Part shown: positions 18,181-25,065 of the stretch, one piece after another | How the letters are laid out: every line of letters starts with the position of its first letter | Numbering within the stretch: position 1 is the first letter of the stretch | Origin: an uncultured Chloroflexia bacterium | GTDB taxonomy: Bacteria > Chloroflexota > Ktedonobacteria > Ktedonobacterales > JADMIN01 | Reading direction: 5' to 3' | DNA: 32,000 nucleotides | Assembly: GCA_963718915.1 (NCBI GenBank) | Contig: CAVRAI010000012.1 | Coordinates: forward strand, 1-32,000 | Program-made: the position numbers and the translations under genes | The notes under the pieces: model-generated | The model's database searches: none | Told to the model about the DNA's origin: nothing | Seen by the model: the letters and a program-made list of their open reading frames with translations, nothing else

Positions 18181-18630
18181 ATGTACGATCAACAGCCCGC
18201 TCAGCCCCATCGACCCGTTTTCCTCACCATCCTGGCGATTCTCGCCATTATAGGCGGCGTGCTCTCGCTGCTGGGGGCGATCTTACTCTTCACCTCTGGT
18301 GGCGCTGGTGTCTTCGCCAGCGGCGGGCAAGCTGCCTATGTCACTGCTGGCATTGTCCTCGGATTTGTCGGGGTGATTTTGCTCGTCTCGGGTATCCTCG
18401 ACCTGGCATTCGGGATCGGGACGCTTCAAGGCCGCGTCTGGGCCTGGATCCTTGGCATCCTGGCTCAGGTTCTCACGCTGCTCTCGGCGCTGATCGCCAT
18501 CATCAGCGGCGTGTTCAACCACAACTTCGGCGGAGCCATTAGCAGCAATATCGTCTCGATCATCATCGCGGGGATCATCCTGTTCTACCTCAATTCAAGG
18601 CAGGTCCGAGCATACTTCGGACGTAGATGA
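18181..18630 (+). CDS. Small multi-pass membrane protein (149 aa), paralogue 1
   Basis: AAGGAGG lies 6 nt upstream of the ATG. Four predicted TM helices. C-terminal motif IILFYLNSRQVRAYF is shared with the next gene. Confidence 0.75.
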   Translation: MYDQQPAQPHRPVFLTILAILAIIGGVLSLLGAILLFTSGGAGVFASGGQAAYVTAGIVLGFVGVILLVSGILDLAFGIGTLQGRVWAWILGILAQVLTLLSALIAIISGVFNHNFGGAISSNIVSIIIAGIILFYLNSRQVRAYFGRR

Positions 18631-18756
18631 GCTGACCCTGGCACAAAACTTGATCTTCATCTCTGAACATGTCGTCTCTATTGGAGTACTCGCGGGAGTC
18701 GCTACCACGTCACCTGTTGAATACCCAATGGAGATGGCAGAGAGGCATGAAGTGGC

Positions 18757-18780
18757 GAGCGGCGACGAGCGGCGACGAGC
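18757..18780. repeat. Short tandem repeat, 10-mer GAGCGGCGAC x2.4
   Basis: Read directly from the intergenic region between the two paralogous membrane-protein genes. Confidence 0.8.
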
Positions 18781-18854
18781 TTGACTGGCCGTTCTGAACC
18801 AACGCGAGATCAACGCCAGCCTCGTGTGCAATCGTGATGAGAGGGAGCACGCAG

Positions 18855-19430
18855 ATGAAACGGCCACGCGGAGTGATGATTATCGGCTGCCTGCTACTCA
18901 TACAAGGATTACTCTTGAGCGGGATCGTCGTTGTACTCGCCGCGGCCATCATCCTGGCTCTGAACCGCCAGTTGCCCCGCGAGCTTGCTGTCAGCATCGA
19001 AGGCATCTCACCACTGGACTGGGCAAGCGTCGCCGCGAATGCAGTCGTTGGCATTCTCTCGCTCGTCGGCGGGGTCGCGCTCTTGCTGGTGCGCCCATGG
19101 GCATGGACATTGGCGCTGTTAGTGCAGGGGTATTCGCTGGCCGTCGATCTATGGAGCATCTATCAGGGTCACACGCCCTATCTGGAGATGCTCGTCCCCA
19201 TTGTCATTATTTTCTATCTCAACACGCGCTCAGTGAGTCGTTTCTTCGAGAACCTGCGACGCCATACGGACGGGCAAGCCCAGAGTGGGCCCGCTACTCC
19301 AAACGCCCTGAATGGTCTGAATGCCACCGCTGGGACGATTACAGCAACGGGAGGCGCGGTCGTGGCGCCATCAGGGCGAACCCCACCAGACCAGCGGACA
19401 GTGCGGCAAGAAAGCCCACAACGCTCGTAA
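18855..19430 (+). CDS. Small multi-pass membrane protein (191 aa), paralogue 2, with a low-complexity C-terminal tail
   Basis: GAGGGAG lies 7 nt upstream of the ATG at 18855. It shares RPWAW..Q and IVIIFYLNTRSVSRFF with the preceding gene. About 55 extra Gly/Thr/Ala/Pro-rich residues follow the shared motif. Confidence 0.7.
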   Translation: MKRPRGVMIIGCLLLIQGLLLSGIVVVLAAAIILALNRQLPRELAVSIEGISPLDWASVAANAVVGILSLVGGVALLLVRPWAWTLALLVQGYSLAVDLWSIYQGHTPYLEMLVPIVIIFYLNTRSVSRFFENLRRHTDGQAQSGPATPNALNGLNATAGTITATGGAVVAPSGRTPPDQRTVRQESPQRS

Positions 19431-19600
19431 CACCTCAGTATATTCGGTGACAACTCCCCACGGCTACAGCCGAGGGCTTCTCAGTTCACCCGGCAGCCCA
19501 TCGGCTCCCGTCCCTGAAGGCAGTGCCCCTGCCTGTAGTGCTACTTCTACTCGTAATCCGGCCTGTAAGATATTCTTGGCGGCATTCACATCGCGGTCTT
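19427..19600 (-). ncRNA. Predicted TnpB omega/reRNA region (scaffold overlapping the tnpB 3' end; guide from flanking DNA); boundaries not determined
   Basis: Placement rests only on the known architecture of IS200/IS605 TnpB loci. A hairpin CCCuCGGCuguaGCCGuGGG (19457-19476) spans the tnpB stop codon and is followed by GAGTTGTCAC. Only 33 nt separate the tnpB stop from the convergent gene's stop. Confidence 0.3.
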
Positions 19601-20699
19601 CGACCAGACCGCAGGAAGGGCAGATATGCGTCCGCACGGAGAGGCTTTTCTGGACGTACTCCCCACATCCGCTGCACTTCTGGGTCGTGAAGCGCGCAGG
19701 GACTCGCACCACCTCATGACCGGCTCTCTCAGCCTTATCTGTGAGGATGTCGAGAAACGCGCTCCAACTGGCGTCGTGAATGCTCTTGGCCAGGTGATGG
19801 TTCTTCACCATCCCTGCCACGTTCAGGGCTTCTACGCAGATGCGCCCGTAGCGCTCCGCGTACTGCTTGGCGGTCTTGAAATGGAAGTCACGGCGCTGGC
19901 GACCCACCTTCAAGTGCTTGCATGCAACCACACGGTTGGCCTTACGCCTGCGGTGACTCCCTTGCTTGCGGCGGCAGACGGTGCGTTGCGCGTGCGCAAG
20001 GCGTTTCTGCCCGCTGCGGTAGTAGCGCGGGTTCTCTACCACGCTGCCCTCCGAGTCGGCCAGAAAGACCTTCAGCCCCACATCCAGGCCAATGGCAGGA
20101 TGCTCACAGTCCGCCTGCATATCCACCTGCGTATCCACCTGCGTATCCACCTGAGCGGGATGCGCCTCACCGAACGCATCCTGCGGTGTCGTCTCACAGA
20201 CGATCAGCACATACCAATGGTTGTCAGCCCGCAAGACCAGATGGGCCGTGACTGGCGTGCCCATCAGTGGACGATGCAACTTGATCTTGAGCAGGCGTCC
20301 CAGTTTGGCCGGGACGTGCAGATGTTTCCCGTCGGCATCAAGCCATACGTCGCGATGCGTTGCGTACTGGCGGAGTTGGATGCTGTGCCAGCGATTCGGC
20401 GTCTTGAAGCGGGGGAAGCCTGCGGGCAACCCCAGGTCTTTCATCTGCAAGAACCGCTTGAGCGCACGGCTGAGCCGATCCGCCAGCGTTTGCACGGTGG
20501 TCGCAGGCACGAGATCGCCGCCGCGTCCCTTGAAGTGCGCTGTCAGGTCATACTTCGAGGGGAACGTGCCGTTCGTCTCATACTGCGCTTTCAGGTTCGC
20601 CAGCATCTCGTTGTAAATGGCCCGGGATGCGATCAGACAGGCCATCAAGTGCTGACGCTGGACGCAGTTAGGATAGAGCCGGTACTCAAACGTTCGCAT
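19464..20699 (-). CDS. tnpB: TnpB (OrfB) RNA-guided endonuclease, IS200/IS605 family
   Basis: N-terminus MRTFEYRLYPN. RuvC-I IGLDVGLK, RuvC-II ICVEALNV, Zn ribbon CSGCG..x..CPSCG, RuvC-III DRDVNAAKNIL. All catalytic positions are present. Confidence 0.93.
   Translation of the reverse strand: MRTFEYRLYPNCVQRQHLMACLIASRAIYNEMLANLKAQYETNGTFPSKYDLTAHFKGRGGDLVPATTVQTLADRLSRALKRFLQMKDLGLPAGFPRFKTPNRWHSIQLRQYATHRDVWLDADGKHLHVPAKLGRLLKIKLHRPLMGTPVTAHLVLRADNHWYVLIVCETTPQDAFGEAHPAQVDTQVDTQVDMQADCEHPAIGLDVGLKVFLADSEGSVVENPRYYRSGQKRLAHAQRTVCRRKQGSHRRRKANRVVACKHLKVGRQRRDFHFKTAKQYAERYGRICVEALNVAGMVKNHHLAKSIHDASWSAFLDILTDKAERAGHEVVRVPARFTTQKCSGCGEYVQKSLSVRTHICPSCGLVEDRDVNAAKNILQAGLRVEVALQAGALPSGTGADGLPGELRSPRL
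20113..20156. repeat. In-frame 12-bp tandem repeat (ATCCACCTGCGT, about 3.6 copies) inside tnpB
   Basis: Read directly. It encodes AQVDTQVDTQVDMQAD just N-terminal of the RuvC-I motif. Confidence 0.85.
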
Positions 20700-20853
20700 G
20701 CTCTAGTGGTAGTACATAGGGCACGCGAGTATCAAGTGTGCGGTACTGGTGTGGTGCGGGTGTCGCCTGAGGGCGACCGGGCTTTCACTCCCATAGCTGC
20801 GTCAGATCTGAAGCAAGGGGCGCTCAGCCCGATTCTCAGGGAGGCAGGTAGAG

Positions 20854-22695
20854 ATGACCATGCAACAACTCACCGGCAATGATCTGACGCTGTTGCGGCG
20901 CTTTGAGCCCGCCCTGTGTTTCAACCGGGGCGAGCAATTCTTTCCGATGAGCGCCGACCTCTATTTGACCCAGGCCAGTCTCTGGATCCATCGTCCCGAC
21001 GCCGATCCAGAGATACTTGTGCCGCCTGGCAAGCTGGATGATGCGGCTCTCACGCAACGGTGGGAGGAGATTCCGGGCGCCGTCTACTATCTGCGCGTCG
21101 CGAATGCCGCGTCGCTCGCCGAGGTTCGGGCGTTTCGCCATAACTCGACCTTGCACGACTTCCACACAGGGCCAGGACGCCTCGTGCGGGTAGGCTTGCT
21201 GGCCCGCTTCCTCGATCTGTTTTTCTCGCTTTCCCTGCTGCTGCGTGGCAACACGCCGGGTGGCTTGGCTGTCGGCGCAGCGCAGCGCTATCACGCTGTC
21301 GAGCAGGCCGCGGGAAGCAAACGCGGAACCTGGTATCATGGACGGGTCGTGCGCCAGCACGGGTACATCGCGCTGCAATACTACTTCTTCTACGCCTTCA
21401 ACGACTGGCGCTCGTCATTTCACGGCGTCAACGACCACGAGGGCGACTGGGAGATGGTGACGGTCTACGCCGCGGAGGATACGTCTGGCCAGATCCAACC
21501 GTGTTGGATGGCCTGTTCCGCCCATCTGGGCGAGGGAGACGACCTGCGCCGCCGCTGGGATGATCCGGGGCTGGAACGTATCGGCGAGCACCCCATCGTC
21601 TATGTTGGCGCTGGCTCACACGCGAATTACTTCTTTCGTGGCGAATATATGCCTGCCGTCGAAGTGCCTTTCACCCAGCCACTGGCACATGCCTGGACAG
21701 AGGTACGCCGCCTGTGGGCGCGCCTTGGTCAGGGCGATTCCCTCGGCCCGCAAAAAACGCGAGAAGGCATTCACATCCCGTTTGTCGACTATGCGCGTGG
21801 CGATGGGATGCGCGTTGGACCTGGTCAACCGCAGACGTGGCAGGTATGTCTACTCCAGCCAACCGCGGAATTGCCCGCGCCGCCATGGGTGGACAATTAT
21901 CGTGGCCTCTGGGGACTGCGTAGCGGCGATCTGCTCGGCGGCGAGGATCCTCCAACTGGGCCGCGATTCGACCGAAGTGGCGGGGAGCGGAAACGGTGGT
22001 ACGATCCAATCGGCTGGAGCGGGCTTGATAAAACACCACCACCCTCGGACGCGCTGGCAACCCTTGAGCGCCAGCAGCAGCGACTGCGCGAGCAGCGCGT
22101 TGACCTTTCCCACACGATTGACGACGTGACCGCCCAGTTGATGGGATTGGAGATGGAGGTAGCAGCCCAACGAAATACATTCTCACGCGCGGAAGCCGTC
22201 AAAGCGAGGCGCGAGCTTGAGAAGATGGATAAAGATCTCACGCAGCTCAAGGCTGATCGCGCCGCCATTGATGTCGCTGAGGAGCAATGCGCCACCTATG
22301 CCGGGCGCCTGGCATCGGGAGACCCCGGCGACCCACGCGCGCATCTCCACGCTCCCGACCTCCCGGTGAGCGCGGCTGACCTGCGGTTGGGTCGCCTGGC
22401 GGCCATCTGGAGCGCGGTGAGTGTTGGGGTGTTACTCCTGGGTATGGTGGTGCTGGCGCAGTTTTTCCCACGCATCCTGATTCCGGGGGCAGCGGTACTC
22501 TTAGGGGTGTATGCATTCATCGAGGCGCTCTTTCACCGAACCCTCGAGGGCCTGATTCGCGGCATCGCGGTGGCGCTGGCGGTGGTGGCCACAGTGGCGC
22601 TCATCGTCCAGTTTGCCCTGCCGCTGCTGCTGGCGCTGGTGGTAATTGTGGGGATCTTCATCCTGGTGGAGAACGTGCGTGAGTTGATTACCTGA
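20854..22695 (+). CDS. Membrane-anchored protein (613 aa): Vps62/DUF946-like N-terminal domain, coiled coil, C-terminal TM helices
   Basis: GGGAGG lies 9 nt upstream of the ATG. FEPALCFNRGEQFFPMS, LQYYFFYAFNDW..NDHEGDWEMVTVY and HPIVYVGAGSHANYF fit the Vps62-family pattern. A heptad-like segment spans about residues 400-470. The last ~110 residues form 3 hydrophobic helices. Confidence 0.7.
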   Translation: MTMQQLTGNDLTLLRRFEPALCFNRGEQFFPMSADLYLTQASLWIHRPDADPEILVPPGKLDDAALTQRWEEIPGAVYYLRVANAASLAEVRAFRHNSTLHDFHTGPGRLVRVGLLARFLDLFFSLSLLLRGNTPGGLAVGAAQRYHAVEQAAGSKRGTWYHGRVVRQHGYIALQYYFFYAFNDWRSSFHGVNDHEGDWEMVTVYAAEDTSGQIQPCWMACSAHLGEGDDLRRRWDDPGLERIGEHPIVYVGAGSHANYFFRGEYMPAVEVPFTQPLAHAWTEVRRLWARLGQGDSLGPQKTREGIHIPFVDYARGDGMRVGPGQPQTWQVCLLQPTAELPAPPWVDNYRGLWGLRSGDLLGGEDPPTGPRFDRSGGERKRWYDPIGWSGLDKTPPPSDALATLERQQQRLREQRVDLSHTIDDVTAQLMGLEMEVAAQRNTFSRAEAVKARRELEKMDKDLTQLKADRAAIDVAEEQCATYAGRLASGDPGDPRAHLHAPDLPVSAADLRLGRLAAIWSAVSVGVLLLGMVVLAQFFPRILIPGAAVLLGVYAFIEALFHRTLEGLIRGIAVALAVVATVALIVQFALPLLLALVVIVGIFILVENVRELIT

Positions 22696-22757
22696 GGAAC
22701 AAGGCCGCGCCAGTGCGACACGGCCCTGCTCCACCCTGCTCCAAACGGCGAATCGCG

Positions 22758-23915
22758 CTACCGGGTGCTGTGCATCGGCATGATAACGTAGACATAGTCG
22801 CTTTCGTTGCTACCTGGCTTGATAACGCCCGGCTGCTGAGGCGTGTTCAGTTCGAGCGCCACGGTTGGCGTACCGATGACACCCAGCACATCGGTCAGAT
22901 ACTTGACATTGAAGATGATTTCCATCCCTGGTCCATCCACAGCTGCTTCTCTTGTGGTGGTCGTGTCGCCGTTCTCCTCCGCCGTCGCCACCAGAGTCAC
23001 GCCGCCCGGCATCAGGCCACCATTCTCGCCCTCGGCAACTTTCAGCCGCACGATATTGGCGCTATCACGCGCGAAGATAGACGCCTGTTTAGCCGCCTGC
23101 TGCAGTTGCTCTGTAGGCATCGTTACACGGGTGGTGTGGCCCTTCGGCAAAATGACCTCGTAGTTGGGGAACTGCCCGGCGATCAGCGTCGAGACCAGCT
23201 CGAGGTCGTCGCCGATGCGGAAGAGCACCTGGTTGCGGTTTGGCGTCACGACGATATAGACCGTGCCCTCGCCCGGCATCACCTTCGCCAACTCCGTCAA
23301 CGTGCGCGCGGGGATGAGCATATCGTTGACGGGCGCGTTGTCCTGGCCACCCGTCTCCTCCAGCGCGGTCGAGCGTACCGCCAGCCGGAAGCTATCCGCG
23401 GCGGCGAATGTCAGCCGCCCCTCGCTCACCCGCGCCAAAACGCCGGTGAAGACCGGGCGGGCGTCATCGGTGGCGGCGGCAAAGGCCACCTCGGCGATCA
23501 TTGCCCGCAGCTCCGCCACACTCACCATCAGCGGCGGCTGCCCACCGTCGGCCGTCGGGATCGCCGGAAACTCGCCCGGCTCCATCCCGCGAATCGTCGC
23601 CTGGCTGCGCTGGTCACTCACCTTCAAGCTCTGCCCCGACGGCTGCAACGCCAGCGTGACCTCACTCGGCGGCAGCGTGTTGACGAAATCAGTCAGCAGC
23701 CGCGATGGGCTGGTGGTGCTGCCCTCCTCCTGGATATTGGCTGGCACCCAGCAGGTGATGCCGATCTCCAGGTTGGTGGCGGAGAGACGCAGGCGACCAT
23801 TCTCGGCGGCCAGCAGGATATTGGAGAGAATCGGCAGTGTGCTCCGCGTCGAGACGGCATGGCTGACGGTGGAGAGTCCTCGGGCCAGGTCTTGCTGCTT
23901 GCAGGTGAGCTTCAC
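22758..23915 (-). CDS. dnaN: DNA polymerase III subunit beta (sliding clamp), 385 aa
   Basis: VKLTCKQQDLARGLSTVSHAVSTRSTLPILSNILLAAENGRLRLSATNLEIGI and C-terminal VYVIMPM are typical DnaN. A GTG start at 23915 has GAGGAGG 6 nt upstream. The ORF-track extension to 24005 lacks an RBS. Confidence 0.9.
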   Translation of the reverse strand: MKLTCKQQDLARGLSTVSHAVSTRSTLPILSNILLAAENGRLRLSATNLEIGITCWVPANIQEEGSTTSPSRLLTDFVNTLPPSEVTLALQPSGQSLKVSDQRSQATIRGMEPGEFPAIPTADGGQPPLMVSVAELRAMIAEVAFAAATDDARPVFTGVLARVSEGRLTFAAADSFRLAVRSTALEETGGQDNAPVNDMLIPARTLTELAKVMPGEGTVYIVVTPNRNQVLFRIGDDLELVSTLIAGQFPNYEVILPKGHTTRVTMPTEQLQQAAKQASIFARDSANIVRLKVAEGENGGLMPGGVTLVATAEENGDTTTTREAAVDGPGMEIIFNVKYLTDVLGVIGTPTVALELNTPQQPGVIKPGSNESDYVYVIMPMHSTR

Positions 23916-24065
23916 GGGCGGCCTCCTCAGATGGAATGTATACATATCAGAACGGATGATGGGTATACCAGGCAACGCATCGGCGATGATCGCGACGCGC
24001 TTCACAAGTATACCCTGCTCCCTATCCTTTCTCCGTATGCCTAACCCATCTGGTAGTCCGCCTCT

Positions 24066-24537
24066 TTAGAATGGCTTGAGCACCATCAGCCAGAGGATGA
24101 TCAGCAGGCCGATGCCGCCGGTCAATGTCGGCAGCCACGGACGCAGCGCCGCCAGCGCCTCCGGCAGGCGCTCGGAGACGACGGACTCATCGATGGTGGT
24201 TGGCCCGGTGAATCCGACCGCTATGCGCGCCTTGCGGAACGCTGGCCCCGTGAAGGCCGACATCAGAATCCAGATCACCACAAAGACGCCGAGCGCCGCC
24301 CAGATCCAGCCCATCGACCACCAGTTCCCACGAATCCGGCAGCGATGCCGCCGATCAAAAGCAGAGGAGCGAGAAGGTTGACGCCATGACGGCGCTCGCT
24401 GAGAGGCCAAGCAGCGCCCGAATCGCGTGGATATCTTTTTCACGCTGCACGCGGAAGGCGACGAATACCGAGACCCCATGCGCCAGCAGGAATCCGAAGA
24501 CGCCGAGCACATGCAGAAAAACGAGCCACTGATACAA
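24066..24537 (-). pseudogene. DUF2269-like small membrane protein gene interrupted by frame changes (or sequence errors)
   Basis: TTG start at 24537 with AAGGAGG 7 nt upstream. MYQWLVFLHVLGVFGFLLAHG... stops at 24355. A hydrophobic continuation LLLIGGIAAGFVG lies in a second frame, and NWWSMGWIWAALGVFVV...LIILWLMVLKPF lies in a third frame ending at 24066. Confidence 0.55.
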
Positions 24538-24639
24538 ACCAACACCTCCTTATGCGGACATTCAGGGAGAAACCCAAAAGGTCCGCAACATCCATACCTC
24601 ACAGCACACAATCTCCGGACGCGGTTGCGCCATGTCTGT

Positions 24640-24680
24640 AAGATATATCTTGTTATAACGGAGTGAGTCGGAAGGGTCAA
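24640..24680 (-). promoter_or_regulatory. Sigma70-type promoter (TTGACC-17-TATAAC) followed immediately by the perfect palindrome AAGATATATCTT
   Basis: -35 at 24675-24680, -10 at 24652-24657, palindrome at 24640-24651 (minus-strand reading). It lies about 100 nt upstream of the DUF2269-like start. Confidence 0.5.
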
Positions 24681-24721
24681 CTGTCCTTTTGGCCAGCGGT
24701 CGGCAGTGGGGTGAGACGCGA

Positions 24722-25012
24722 TCAGCGGCGTGCGGCGCGGGCTGACTGGGGAAACCGCTGGGCCGAGCGGGCGCGTGCCCTGGCAGCCTCTTCGGCGCGA
24801 TCCTTCGGCGGGGCGTTCGTCTCCAGCGCGGTGAGGAGCTTCTGGGCGACGGCGGCGATCTCGTCAACGGCGGCATGAAACGCCGCCTCATTCGCCTGAG
24901 AGGGCTTGCTGAAACCACTGATTTTGCGCACGAACTGCACCGAGGCCGCGTGAATCTCGTCCTCGGTGGCGGGAGGCTCGAAGTTGAAAAGCGGCTTAAT
25001 ATTTCGACACAT
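24722..25012 (-). CDS. DUF2277 domain protein (96 aa)
   Basis: MCRNIKPLFNFEPPATEDEIHAASVQFVRKISGFSKPSQANEAAFHAAVDEIA matches the highly conserved DUF2277 N-terminus. Confidence 0.85.
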   Translation of the reverse strand: MCRNIKPLFNFEPPATEDEIHAASVQFVRKISGFSKPSQANEAAFHAAVDEIAAVAQKLLTALETNAPPKDRAEEAARARARSAQRFPQSARAARR

Positions 25013-25065
25013 AGCGATTCTATGACCTCCATTGGGCTGAACGAGCGCCTGTACACCATAGCATG

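Larger units (their letters stand above)
19447..20800 (-). mobile_element. Solo-tnpB IS200/IS605-family (IS1341-like) element without tnpA; ends approximate
   Basis: tnpB ORF plus a subterminal hairpin GTCGCCtgagGGCGAC (20762-20777) upstream and a hairpin at the stop codon downstream. No Y1 or serine transposase ORF is adjacent. Confidence 0.5.

Noticed and set aside
19376-19388. Hairpin CGCCatcagGGCG resembling the left-end hairpin GTCGCCtgagGGCGAC, suggesting the IS right end extends to about 19300-19370 and supplies the C-terminal tail of the 191-aa membrane protein
   Set aside because: The stem is only 4 bp and the similarity is short. The hairpin spanning the tnpB stop codon gives a simpler right-end model that leaves the neighbouring ORF intact. 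It cannot be excluded without other copies of the element.
20113-20156. Tandem repeat as a mini CRISPR array or other repeat locus
   Set aside because: The 12-bp units are contiguous with no spacers and lie in frame inside tnpB, so this is a coding microsatellite. No repeat-spacer architecture exists anywhere in the window.
20854-23915. Vps62-like protein plus dnaN as a two-gene defence or mobile module
   Set aside because: The genes are convergent and so not co-transcribed. DnaN looks like a full-length housekeeping clamp. I know of no system with this pairing, so the adjacency alone is not evidence.
24066-24680. 204-aa ORF taken as one gene
   Set aside because: Its first two thirds are Arg/Cys/Ser-rich nonsense, and its TTG start is actually the -35 hexamer of a promoter. 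Only the C-terminal 83 residues look like a real membrane protein, and they continue the DUF2269-like gene that starts at 24537 in another frame.
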